NCBI RefSeq assembly: GCF_006345805.1
Contig: NC_043003.1
Location: 7,688,001 to 7,752,000 of the forward strand
From: Octopus sinensis
Lineage: Eukaryota
Direction: 5' to 3'
Length of the DNA stretch: 64,000 bases
Part shown: positions 37,836-51,235 of the stretch, one piece after another
Numbering within the stretch: the first letter of the stretch is position 1
Layout: each line of letters begins with the position of its first letter
The notes under the pieces: generated by a model
Told to the model about the DNA's origin: nothing
The model's database searches: none
The model's input: the letters and a program-made list of their open reading frames with translations, nothing else
Translations under genes and position numbers: made by a program

Positions 37836-38016
37836 TTAAACTTAAATGTTGGAGTGAATCGAACGGCTTTGTGTGTGTCTTAATGGCTTATAACACCTTC
37901 CACGCTGCAATGTGTTTTTCGTTTCAGCACACGATCTCAGATCAAATTACTTGCTATGCGAGTACATCTCCGTAATATATATATTATATGTATATATATA
38001 TATAATTATATATATA

Positions 38017-38048
<32 letters not shown>

Positions 38049-38093
38049 GTGTGTTTATATGTGTATATATATGTATATATATATGTGAATATA

Positions 38094-38168
<75 letters not shown>

Positions 38169-38331
38169 TATGGTATAATATATATATATATACATATATT
38201 ATATATATATTATATATAATTATATATATATATATATATAATATATATAACAAAGTTGAGTTGTGGGGTACCGCACGAGTGGAATTATATACGAAAGAAG
38301 GTTGAAAACGCAATTTAAAAGATGTTTATTT

Positions 38332-38371
38332 ACTTTACCGGTTTCACTCTTTGGAAAAGATTGTCAAAAGG
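38332..38371 (-). ncRNA. Candidate U3-A8 hammerhead near (TA)n
   Basis: Minus ctt-TTGACAA-tcttt-tcc-aaaga-gt-GAAA-ccgg-TA-aag. Confidence 0.45.
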
Positions 38372-39659
38372 ACGGGATTAGACAAAGTGATTAGTAGGGT
38401 GCCTGGTGCTGGGACACAATAAACATAGTATGACAAGGAGGGGTTGATAAATGAGGTGGGCCGAAGTGGAACGTTGTGTAATATCTAAGTCTACAGGCAT
38501 GGGGGCGGCTAAGAATCTCGCTTTGCGACCTCGTGGTTTTGGGTTCGGTTCACTCACACAGCGTTGTTCTTTGGGCAAGTGTCTTCTACTTAAGCCCTGG
38601 CTGACCAATGTCTTGTGAATGAATTTGGTACGCGGAATATAGAAGTGGCTGTTTGGTAAGTAGCTTGCTTCACAATCACGCGGTTCAGGTTCAGTCCTAC
38701 TGTGTGGCACCTTGGGCAAGTGTCTTCTATTATAACCTCGGGCCGACAAAAGCCTTGAGAGGGAATTTGGTAGACGGAAACTGAAAGAAGCCCGTCGTAT
38801 GTACGTGTATATACGTATGTGTGTATCTTTGTGTCTTTGTCTGTCTCCCCACAACATCGCTTGACAACCGATGTTGGTGTGTTTATGTCCCCGTAACTTA
38901 GCGGTTCGACAGAAGAAACCGATAGAATAAGTACCAGGCGTACAAATAATAAGACCAGGGGTTGATTTCCTCGACTGAAAGGCAGTGCTCCAGCACATAT
39001 ATGTGAGTGTGTGTGGGTGTGTGGGTGGGTGGGGAAGTGTAGAACTGGAAACAACTCAGAGTATGAAAAGCAAGGTGTTTCTTTTAGTGAGAGGGTTGCA
39101 TACAAATTACTCTTGGTTGAGAAGTAGTGCTTAAGTAAGTGAAGAGTCTGAGTGACTCTCTTGGCAAGAGATCACCGTTGCGTAATTGCGTTGCAACTTC
39201 TCGATGATGCCAAATTAATGGTTAAGACGTTTACGCCGTATATCATCAAGGCTACAATTCCCAAAGAATTCACCACAGTAGACGATGCTATTACATGCAG
39301 AATTCCAAACATACCATAGATAGGCTTGTTTGCATTTGAAGATTTCCTTTTCTGTAGGATCCGGCATTATCAGTTACATGACTACATACTGAAGAATCCG
39401 CGTAAACAACCAAATTACAAAATATAGTCTATAACATTGGACCCGAATCTGTTGCGCAGTACATTAGACGCCATATTGCTTATAACGCAGAGGAAATTTT
39501 TTGTTTTTACTTGCGAGATAAAGTTTTAAGAGCGATCTTATGGCGTTCCGTTATACAGAAAACGCAATTATTTTGAACCATTCTGGGCCATTTCTTGATA
39601 GCTTTCATCTTATGCAGCAGCGAGTATTTTGCCAGTGGGTGTATATATACATACATACA

Positions 39660-39742
<83 letters not shown>

Positions 39743-40199
39743 ATATATACATATATATACATACATATTTTTTATACACATATATATACATATATATATA
39801 CATATATATATATGTATATATATAGTATATATATATGTATATATATATGTATATGTATATATATATATATGTGTGTGTGTGTGTTTATATATATATATGT
39901 TTATATATATACATTAATAATTGTTTCAAATTTGGGGTCAAGGAAAATAATTTTAGTGGAGGGGGTTACTCGATTACATTGCCCCCCAGTGCTTAAATGG
40001 TACTTATCTTATCGCCCGTGAAAGGTTAAAAGCAAAGTCAACCTAAGCGGAATTTGAACTCAGAACGGAAAAAACGGATGAAATGCCGCCAAGCAGGATA
40101 ACAATTCTGCCAACTCGCCGCCTTCTTCGCCTTAATAATAAAGATAGTTGTTTCAAAATTTATCGTGGTCGCGCGCACACGCACACACACATACATACA

Positions 40200-40230
<31 letters not shown>

Positions 40231-40471
40231 GATGAGCTTCTTTCTGTTTTCGTCTACCAAATCCACTCACAAGGCTTTGGTCAGCCCGAGGCTATAGTAG
40301 AAGACGCTTGTCCAAGGTGCCATGCAGTGGGACTGAACCCGGTACCATGTGGTTGGGAAGCAAGCTTCTTACCACACAGCCACTCCTGCACCTTATAAAT
40401 ATGTACATATATAAGTGTGTCCTTATAAATGCATACGTGAGTGTATATACATACATATACATATATATATA

Positions 40472-40518
<47 letters not shown>

Positions 40519-40680
40519 ATATATATGTATGTATATATATACATATATATATACATATAATAAACATATATATACATATATAATATATATGTATATATAT
40601 ATATATATGTATATATGTATATATATATATATATGTATGTATATATGTATATATAATATATATATATGTATGTATGTATG

Positions 40681-40712
<32 letters not shown>

Positions 40713-42021
40713 ATATATATGTATGTATATATACACCACTAGCAAAATACTCGGTGCTGCGTAAGATGAAAGCTATCAAGAAATGGCCCAGAATGGTTCA
40801 AAATAATTGCGTTTTCTGTATAACGGAACGCCATAAGATCGCTCTTAAAACTTTATCTCGCAAGTAAAAACAAAAAATTTCCTCTACGTTTATAAGCAAT
40901 ATGGCGTCTAATGTACTGCGCAACAGATTCGGGTCCAATGTTTATAGACTATATTTTGTAATTTGGTTGTTTACGCGGATTCTTCAGTATGTAGTCATGT
41001 AACTGATAATGCCGGATCCTACAGAAAAGGAAATCTTCAAATGCAAACAAGCCTATCTATTGGTATGTTTGGAATTCTGCATGTAATAGCATCGTCTACT
41101 GTGGTGAATTCTTTGGGAATTGTAGCCTTGATGATATACGGCGTAAACGTCTTAACCATTAATTTGGCATCATCGAGAAGTTGCAACGCAATTACGCAAC
41201 GGTGATCTCTTGCCAAGAGAGTCACTCAGACTCTTCACTTACTTAAGCACTACTTCTCAACCAAGAGTAATTTGTATGTAACCCTCACACTAAAAGAAAC
41301 ACCTTGCTTTTCATACTCTGAGTTGTTTCCAGTTCTACACTTCCCCACCCACACACCCACACACAGTCACATATATGTGCTGGAGCACTGCCTTTCAGTC
41401 GAGGAAATCAACCCCTGGTCTTATTTGTACGCCTGGTACTTATTCTATCGGTTTCTTCTGTCGAACCGCTAAGTTACGGGGACATAAACACACCAACATC
41501 GGCTGTCAAGCGATGTTGTGGGGAAACAGACAAAGACACAAAGATACACACATACGTATATACACGTACATACGACGGGCTTCTTTCAGTTTCCGTCAAC
41601 CAAATTCCCTCTCAAGGCTTTTGTCGGCCCGAGGTTATAATAGAAGACACTTGCCCAAGGTGCCACACAGTAGGACTGAACCCTGAACCACGTGATTGTG
41701 AAGCAAGCTACTTACCACACAGCCACTTCTATATTGCGTGTACCAAATTCATTCACAAGACATTGGTCAGCCAGGGCTTAAGTAGAAGACACTTGCCCAA
41801 AGAACAACGCTGTGTGAGTGAACCGAACCCAAAACCACGAGGTCGCAAAGCGAGATTCTTAGCCGCCCCCATGCCTGTAGACTTAGATATTACACAACGT
41901 TCCACTTCGGCCTACCTCATTTATCAACCCCTCCTTGTCATACTATGTTTATTGTGTCCCAGCACCAGGCACCCTACTAATCACTTTGTCTAATAACTCC
42001 CTTTCAGAAAATCCCGTCCTT
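38368..42021. repeat. ~1.3-kb inverted duplication (38368-39660 / 40720-42021) around a ~1.05-kb (TA)n/SINE spacer
   Basis: Near-identical reverse-complement arms (ORFs 38378-38998- vs 41375-41993+), scattered substitutions and small indels. Confidence 0.95.
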
Positions 42022-42379
42022 GCTCATTCGTTTTTATTACGGGGGGCCTCGATGGACAAAAGCTGAAACAGACCATCAAAAGCATCGATTACACCAATCT
42101 CTAGAGAGGACTGCAAAGTCATGTTGCTCCCACATGCGACTAATTATTAAACAAATCTAACATTTATAGGATATGTTTTTGTTTTTAATACTTCATTTAG
42201 AAGTTGTGTCTGAATTATTAACGTTTACGCACTAGAATTTATCTTAGCCCTTCCTGTATAGTTTATATTTCTGGTAGATATCCATACTCACCGAATGCTA
42301 GGCTGACATTTAGAGGTTGTTTCTTTTTAATTGAAAATTACAGGGAGAAATATTTACAATCAATATGAGTAGCTGTAGA

Positions 42380-42950
42380 CTCGGCTGTATGGTTAAGAAG
42401 CTCGCTTTGCGACCACGACGTTTCGGGTTCGGTCCTACTGCGCAGCAACTTGAGCAAGTGTCTACTACAAATAGTCCCAGGCCAATAAATGTCTTGTAAA
42501 TAAATTTGGTAGACGGAAACTGTGTGGAAGCCCGTCGTATATATGTCTGTGTGTGTCTTTGTCTGTGTCCGTGTGTGTGTATGTGTGCTTTTGTGTTTGT
42601 CACCCCCTACCATTGTTGATTTTATGTCTCCATAACTTAGCGCTTCGTTAAAAGAAACCGTTAGAATAAGTACAAAACTTTAAAATAAAAAAGTCATAAG
42701 TACTGTAGGCGACTTGTTCGACTAAAGCCCTTCAAATAGGTACTCCGGCATGGCCGTAGTTCAATAACAGAAACAAGTAAGCGATAATATGATCAGGAGT
42801 AGCTGTGTGGTAAATAACTTGCTTACCAACCACATGGTTCCTGGTTCAGTCCTACTGCGTGGCACCTTGGACAAGTGTCTTCTACTATAGCCTCGGGTTG
42901 ACCAAAGCCTTGTCAGTGGATTTGTTAGACGGAACCTGAATGAATCCCGT

Positions 42951-43014
<64 letters not shown>

Positions 43015-43195
43015 TGTATGTGTTTGTCCCCACTCCTGGTGTGTTTACGTCTCCGTAACTTAGCGGTTCGGCAAAAGAGACCGATAGAATAAGTACTAGG
43101 TTTACAAAGAATAAGTCTTGGAGGTCGATTTGCTCGACTACAGGTGGTGCTCCAGCATGACCGCAGCCAAAGTGACTGAAACAAATAAAAGAATA
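42380..43195 (+). mobile_element. Two tandem family A-type SINEs (older 42380-42780, younger 42795-43195)
   Basis: Match family A consensus. Confidence 0.8.
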
Positions 43196-43980
43196 AGAGA
43201 ATTAAAGAATTATTGCACAACAAGAACCTATTACATTTTATATTGATACAAACTTAGAGGTAACTCACAAAAGCCTCCATTTTGATTCTGCCAGATATAT
43301 TAATTGAACTCATAAACTACATATTGTATGTCCACTTTTTGCTAAATTTTAGCTAAATTCCATTTAACTATTTTATGGTAGAGCAAACACGTTCGGTAAC
43401 AACAGAGTAGTATAAAATTATTTAATCTTTTGCCTATCCAAAGCATTATCATAAGTTTTTTCCTAAACATCCATGTTTGTTTTCAAACTTTTAGCTATTG
43501 CGGGTGAATTTGGTTTCATTGCTGGGTAGTGGCCTGAACTCTTTACATGAACACCACCCTGTACATAACTCCATGTCCCCCTACATGGCCTTGCTTTTTG
43601 CTTTTTGAGCCAAAAAATTAACTAACTAACTAACATAGAAGTACCACACATAATAAAACCATGTATTTTAAGTCATCTACAGAGCATTTCATAAATAATT
43701 TTTACATTTTAAAGTTATCCCTGGAGATTTTCTATACAAATGAGTCGGCATTGAATGTTAGGACGTTTCGTATACGAATACATCTATGTAAACAATGCGA
43801 TCAAAAATAGAAAAATTAAGAAAGGTGTGTATATACATATTTTAGGAATTCTTACTCTTTCTTCAGTGTCACATCCGACCCATTAGCTTTCCACAAAGAC
43901 ATTGCTTAAACAGCCGATAAATTTAGTGGTGTATATACCAATTTTATATATTAAACACAGTCCTGGCAACTGGTACATAT

Positions 43981-44137
43981 ATTCTTTACTTTCTCTCCTT
44001 GTTTCTTTCTGTGTTCCTTTCTGTGGAAGAGCGAAGGCTCGAAACGTTAAATACTTTCTCACTTCCGGAGCGTTAAACTAATACATCTGTTTGTTGTCTA
44101 CACCACCTGCCTTTGTCTTTTATTTTTTGTGAATTCT

Positions 44138-44140
<3 letters not shown>
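43981..44140 (+). mobile_element. Short repeat ending at (TA)n with A6U hammerhead-like fold
   Basis: cttt-CTGTGGA-a-gagc-gaag-gctc-GAAA-cg-TT-aaa at 44017-44051; homologous to 11760-11937. Confidence 0.6.
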
Positions 44141-44219
<79 letters not shown>

Positions 44220-44288
44220 GTATGTATGTAAATATATATGTGCGTGTATATATATATATTCGTATATTTGTATATATACATATATATG

Positions 44289-44335
<47 letters not shown>

Positions 44336-45004
44336 GCATATATATACATATATATATGTGTGTGTGTGTGTATGTGTGTGTATCTTACGAATGTTTTTAT
44401 TTCGCTTTATGTTTTTCAAATTATTCTTTAAACATTTTCAAGGTTTAGCATTTCTGCATTCAATAACGAAGTTCTAGAATCCCACTGTCTTTTTCTTATT
44501 TACGATGCACTTCTCTGCACTTTGCAGCTGTTTTAATCCAAATATTACGATAGCCTAAGAGATTGAATGTTCCTGTATAGCAAGGAATATTTAATTCTCC
44601 ATTTAAAAACTATTTAAACGATAGCAATTCCGATAGATGACCTTACATTACATACAACATCAACTTATTAAATTGCACTTTTTTTTGTTCATCCGTTGCC
44701 AGTTATTTAATTCAATCAAGAATTCCATTTCTCAACAATCAAAATATTTTTCCTGTTTATATCCATTTCTTGTATTTGTGTTTTTTCTTGTTTTTTGTTT
44801 TAATTTTTCACACAAAAAGCCAATAAGTAATTTAGTTGGCAGCCATTTTAAGTATTTCAAGGGTAAAAATGCCGTATTGGATTCTTAAATCAATAATGTT
44901 TACGGGTTTTCTTTCTCTGTCTTCAAATGTTATTGTTGCTGCAAAATTTTAATTGTCCTTAACCTTATCGTCGCCATTTCTTTCTTTTACAATTTCTCTC
45001 GTTC

Positions 45005-45005
<1 letters not shown>

Positions 45006-45045
<40 letters not shown>

Positions 45046-45070
45046 GCTACTACTACTACTACTACTGCTG

Positions 45071-45103
<33 letters not shown>

Positions 45104-45290
45104 TTACTGCTACTACTACTACTACTGCTGCTGCTGCTACTACTACTAGTACTACTTCCGCTACTACTATTACCGCTACTACTACCACTGCTACTGCTGC
45201 TGGTACTACTACTACTACTACCGCTACTCCTACTACTACAAATATTACCGCTACTACCACTGGCTGCTGCTGTTGAGGCTGCTACTGCTA
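45006..45290. repeat. (CTA)n/(CTG)n microsatellite
   Basis: Direct inspection. Confidence 0.9.
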
Positions 45291-46238
45291 CATTTTCTCA
45301 TTTTTACCCTAATTTAGGTTTTTGCTTTTCCTTTGTATGTGTGTGTGCGCGCGCGCGAGTGTGTGTGTATGTATGTGTGTGGGGGTGAGGTGGGGTGGTG
45401 CGTGCGTGTGTTTGTGTTTGTCCCTTCCACTGCTTGGCAGAACAGCAGAACTGACCAATATATAACATGTGCCTTATTTACATGAGAAATACTGGGAGCC
45501 ATTTTTTTCGACTAAAGCCTTGTAAGTGAAGCCCCAGCATGGCCGGAGTCCATTGAGTGAAATAAATAAAAGAGAAAAGAGAAGAGCCACAATGAGTTTC
45601 CAGTTACGGATTTATTTCCACCGTCCGTTGCTCCTTCTTATTGATGTTGTTGTTGATGTAGCTACTCTCGTTGTTGTTGTTGTTGTTGTTGTTGTTGCTG
45701 CTGCTGTTGCTGTCTTCTTCCAATCAGGACTCACGCCATTAGCCACAAAGAATAATCTCTAATTCGAGCCTACTCTAAGCTACAAAGAGTGCATGCGGCA
45801 ACTTGAAGATCCACCCACCACACGCGATAGACTGGCGGTTGCACGGGCGCGAAAGCTACGTTGTTATCCTCATTCCGTAAACGGTGGCTTTTAATGGGTG
45901 GAGAGCTGAACCAACCTGGGCTACAGAGGATTCGCAATCTAGACTAGGGTCTGAAAGTTTTAACACACTATAGTGGGTTACACCATGGTTCCTCTGCTTT
46001 GTAGCAGAAGTAGGAAGAAAGAGTGAGAGAAAGTTGTGGTGAAAGAGTACAGTGGGGTTCACCACCCACCCCGCCGGAGCCTTGTGGAGCTTAGGTGCTT
46101 TTGCTCAATAAACACTCACAATGCCCGGTCTGGGAATCGAAACCGCGTTCTTACGACCGCGAGTCCGCTGCCCTAACCACTGGGCCATTGCGCCTCCACT
46201 GCTGCTGCTGCTGTTTTTGTTGTTGTTGTTGTTGATGC

Positions 46239-46270
<32 letters not shown>

Positions 46271-46702
46271 TGTTGTTGTTGTTGTTGTTGTTGGCGTGAA
46301 CACAAATAGGCTTCCGTCTTGGAAAAAGAACGGGTTAGATAACATAGTCAGGAGCCCGTGGTACATGGGGAAAATTCGTGACGGCCACAGCTGGAACTGT
46401 TCATGTGTGCTTTGCATCAAAGTTATGCTCGGTTTAGATGTGACCTACAAACAGAATAATCTTCAGAAAGTGAAACAAACGACTGCAGTGTCTGAAATAC
46501 AAACAGACGGATGGCCATGACAGGATATTTTTCATCAAAGCTCTGCTTACTCACCAATGTACTTTAACTAAACAACAGCCATCATTCAAAGACGGTTTTG
46601 ATTTCATCGTTGAACAGACAACATTGCTGTTGGTCACTAAAACCAATAGCATTGTTGTCTCGACATAAACCTACCTTGCATTATCTATTTATCCATTTAT
46701 AG

Positions 46703-46912
46703 ACGGCGAGCTGGCAGAAACGTTAGCACGCCGGTTGAAATGCATAGACGTATTTCGTCTGCCGTTACGTTCTGAGTTCAAATTCTGCCGATGTTGATTT
46801 TGCTTTTCGTCCTTTCGGGGTCGATAAATTAAGTACCAGTTACGTACTTAATCCCTTTGTCTGTCCTTGTTTGTCTCCTCTGTATTTAGCCCCTTGTGGG
46901 TAGTAAAGAAAT
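46703..46912 (+). mobile_element. Family B SINE (Meta-domain-like), near full length
   Basis: ggcgagctggcagaaacgttagcacgccgg..gagttcaaattc..cctttcggggtcgataaattaagtaccag..gtagtaaagaaata. Confidence 0.85.
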
Positions 46913-47258
46913 ATATGTATCCATTTATTTATCTATCTTTCTATCCCTGTATTTATTCTTAAGCATGGCAGCGTGGTTAATAAGCTCACTTCTCAACCAC
47001 GTAGTTTGGGGTTCAATCCTATAGATCGGCGCCCTAAGCATTTGTTGGTTCATTTCATATTTTGCAGGAATTGTTTTCGCAACAAAACCGCCCCATTTTT
47101 TTAATAGAACGATCACAAGTAGTGAAAAATGGTTTACAACAACGTGGAAACGAAAACACGGTTATATGTGATTGAATAACGATATGTGCAAATAGCAAAA
47201 TGTTTTTTTTTTTTATAATTTTACTTTAAAAAGACCGTACATACTTTCGTTCCAGTCA

Positions 47259-47295
<37 letters not shown>

Positions 47296-47752
47296 AATTA
47301 CAAATGAAAAGCAGCGGTAGTAACGTAAACATTATCGATCCCGCATACACAATGTGTGTGTTTTGTTTATAATGGCGAAACATCTGTATTCAGTGCTCTT
47401 TCAGGTGTTTTAACACTCAGCATTATCCCGTAGCAAATATAGCAAACAACAAAACATATATGTTGTGTATTTGCTATCGATAATGTGTGTATGTGCGCGT
47501 GTGTGTGTATCTACATATACATATCGTGAACTGGTAAATATGTGTGTAAATATGGGTGTGTATTTTTCCACCGATCTATATCGGCGAATGCTATGAACTT
47601 CCATAGGCATTGCGTCGAGTAATAGACACTCCTCCGTTGTTGTTTTTTGCATTCCAAACACAGCGAACCAATATTTAAGCAATGACTATAATCTTCAAAA
47701 GTTACAACGCAGAGAAAAATATGTTATTTCGACATTTCCAAATTGCTCATAA

Positions 47753-47830
<78 letters not shown>

Positions 47831-48008
47831 CTTTCTCCTCTTTTCCCTTCTCTTTCCTATAAATCAAGATGTTTTCTGTTTCTCTCTACTTTACGAAAGT
47901 CGTAAGCTCATGGCTTCCTTCTGGTGGTAAATATGCCCTTAAAAAAGGAATCACTTCTCGGTCAAAGATGAAGGAGTTCTATTTTTAAGAGATGAGGAAT
48001 TATGTACA

Positions 48009-48218
48009 TTATTTACATTATTTACATTTGACGGATATTTGTCCTCATCTTGTTTGTTGTTAACACAACGTCTCGGCTGATATACCCTCCAGCCTTCATC
48101 AGGTTCGAAATTTCCCCAAGACACCTGATGAAAGCTGGAGGGTGTATCAGCCGAGACGTTGTGTTAACAACAAACAATTTGAGGACAAATATCTGTCAAT
48201 TGTAAATATTGTAAATAA
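48009..48218. mobile_element. Inverted pLTR-like pair with hammerhead in each arm (both GAAA>GAGA)
   Basis: Plus acac-CTGATGA(48125)-a-agctg..cagcc-GAGA-cg-TT-gtgt; minus arm CTGATGA-a-ggctg..cagcc-GAGA-cg-TT; ~95-bp arms. Confidence 0.7.
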
Positions 48219-48451
48219 AGATGAAGCACCTTTCATATTAAATTTTTAACTTCAATTTTTTAAATTCTTTTTTCTTCTTTCTTCTTGTGCAAAATAAAAT
48301 AAAATTTCCTTGTGTCATTAGTGAGCGCTTGTAATATTATGTCACCATTCTTTGAAATCGACGGCGCGGCATAACTCAAAACACAAATTCTTAAAGCTAA
48401 ATTCAACATTCTACGAAGTTTCATGGGAAGAAGGAGAGAAGATAGAAGATA

Positions 48452-48826
48452 GGCGCAGGAGTGGCTGTGTGGTAAGTAGCTTGCTAACCAACCACACGGT
48501 TGCGGGTTCAGTCCCACTGCGTGGCATCTTGGGCAAGTGACTTCTGCTATAGCCCCGGGCCGACCAATGCCTTGTGAGTGGATTTGGTAGACGGAAACTG
48601 AAAGAAGCCTGTCGTATATATGTATATATATGTATATGTGTGTGTGTTTGTGTGTCTGTGTTTGTCCCCCTAGCATTGCTTGACAACCGATGCTGGTGTG
48701 TTTGCGTCCCCGTCACTTAACGGTTCGGCAAAAAGAGACCGATAGAATAAGTACTAAAAGGTAGTGCTCCAGCATGGCCGCAGTCAAATGACTGAAACAA
48801 GAAAAAGAGTAAAAGAGTAAAAGAGT
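48452..48826 (+). mobile_element. Family A SINE
   Basis: Full head and (gagtaaaa)n tail. Confidence 0.9.
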
Positions 48827-49280
48827 ATAGTTCAAAGTTTAAAAGACATATTTCAGCTTTGTCTTGTTTTTTTATTTTTTGTTTTTTTCTTCATTCTATC
48901 TCTGTATTTGCTTGTTGGGTGTGTTAAATTATTGGAAAATAATTGCACAAACTGTAAAGGAGGTTCATAAATTATCTTTATAATTCCACACTTTATTGTA
49001 TCTATTAAAGCTGAAATCCACCAACAGACTTCTTTGCAGCTAACGGAGCTCATGTGGAAGAGTTCCGATGTTTCTTATAAAATTTTATTTCTTTGACTAT
49101 GACTTTCAATGAATTCTGCTGAGTTATCTTTTCAGTCTGTTTTTTATGAATTCTTCAAATTGTGGTGGCAATCTATGGAGAGCCTGTATTCCATGAGAGC
49201 GATTCCATTCGGTTGAAAATGTATTGAGTAAGATGAATCCAGTGTCAAGTGGGAGTGTTTGACGGAATCTTTGATATTTA

Positions 49281-50060
49281 CAGGGTGATTCAAAAGTCTC
49301 CATACATAGGAAAAATTCATTTTTTTAAATAAGAAACAGTCTGTAAGATTCCCTAGATCCCCTGATCTGACCCCTTTTGATTTCTATCTTTGGGGTTATT
49401 TGAAAGGCATGGTGTATCGCGGAAAGATAAAAGACAAATCATTTGAAGGAACGCATCACCATCTCATCTGCACACGTATCACCAGATGTGCAATTACGAG
49501 TTCACAATGAGTGGGGTAAACGTATTGCAATGTGTATTCAAAACAATGGTAACCATACAGAGCCTTTTTTATTACTTGTTTCAGTCATTTGACTGTGGCC
49601 ATGCTGGAGCACCGCCTTTAGTCGAGCAAATCGACCCCGGGACTTATTCTTTGTAAGCCCAGTATTTATTCTATCGGTCTCTTTTGCCGAACCGCTAAGT
49701 GACGGGGACGTAAACACACCAGCATCGGTTGTCAAGCAATGCTAGGGGAACAAACACAGACACACAAACATATTCACACACACATATATATATATATACA
49801 TATATACGACAGGCTTCTTTCAGTTTCCGTCTACCAAATCCACTCACAAGGCATTGGTCGGCCCGGGACTATAGCAGAAGACACTTGCCCAAGATGCCAC
49901 GCAGTGGGACTGAACCCGGAACCATGTGGTTGGTTAGCAAGCTACTTACCAAACAGCCACTCCTGCGCCTATTGAATAAAAAAGAAAAACCAGTTCTTAT
50001 AAATTGTTTCTTATAAAAAGAGAAATTGTTCCTATGTATGGCGACTTTTGAATCACACTG
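49281..50060 (+). mobile_element. Internally deleted Tc1/mariner element with both TIRs, containing a nested family A SINE (49572-49969, minus)
   Basis: TA|CAGGGTGATTCAAAAGTCTCCATACATAGGAA and reverse TIR ending 50060; PRSPDLTPFDFYLWGYLKGMVY motif. Confidence 0.85.
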
Positions 50061-51235
50061 GATTTTTAAGTTTGGTCTGTATTCTCACGGTCATTTTTTC
50101 CCGAAGGTAAAAGAGAAAAGAGAGCAGCACCAGGAACAACGATATCAATAAAACAAAGAGCTACGGATGGTTGAGCATCAAATTAATAAATACGTAACTG
50201 GAAACTCATTGTAGCTTTTCTCTTTTAGGAACAGTGATATAAACAAACCAACACCGGTTACCAAATTCAGTCACAAGGCATTGATCGAGCCGAGGCATAA
50301 GTAGAAGACACTTGCCCAAGGTACCGCGCCGTAAGATTGAACCCGAAACCACGTGGTCGCAAAGCCAGCTTCTTAACCACTCGGCTATGCCTTCACCGTT
50401 TCAAGACATGTTTTTATTCAAGTTCTTCTTTAACATCTTCAATGCACCGACCGACTTTTGCACCTGGATACATATATTTTTGGAAGTAGTGTTTTGCGTT
50501 TTTCTATCAAGTTTGGTTGGTATGCTGAATACAAAACTGACATTAGATTTTTTTAATACCAACAAAGATTTACATAATAATCCTGAAAACATAATATTTA
50601 TTCTAATACAGTTTATTGTAATTTCAACAGCTTTATAAAACATATTATAGAAATTGTATAATATGATACAACGCGCAATCATGAATAATGTAATAACACA
50701 GTTGTAATAACTCCGGTGGTTCAGTGAATCAAAAACATCAATAATCGCAGAGGTGAACAGTGGAGAATCGCTGAATTTTGTAGCCTCTACTTCTTTCTCG
50801 AAACCAGCTCTGAACATAATTGCCAGTGGTATAGTTAACGGGTGAGCAAAGGGAGCGGCTGCTTCCCCCAGGCACAGTTTTGAAAATTGGCACCTTTTCA
50901 GCAATTTTTTAAAAACTAAGTTCATTTGCGAGATTAAAGTCGAATCTCTTTTTCTTTTTCCTTTCTGATAATCGCTTGGCTTTGGAAGAGCTTTCTGGAT
51001 TCATTTGACCAATCTCCCGTGCTTTTGAAATGTCTGCTCAATCTCCTGTGATGTATTGGTGGACGCTGACATCTGAAGAACCAGAACAAACCCTCACGTA
51101 ATAACTTCTCAACACTAAAATAATCCCGTGAAATTTCATCTTTTTCACGTCTACATTAGTAGTTGTAGGTTTCATGCATAATGATACCATTAATGAAACA
51201 TGAAATTAATGAAAGTAGAATTATGTATATTATAA

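Noticed and set aside
39190-39440. Weak resemblance to Helitron Pif1 C-terminus (KLMVKTFTPYIIKATI..RIPNIP) in the inverted-duplication arm
   Set aside because: Too decayed to assert without a profile search
46290-46450. Possible minus-strand exons after pyrimidine-AG acceptors (about 57621, 46445, 32773)
   Set aside because: No recognisable protein, no clear donors; frames run into microsatellite or LINE remnants
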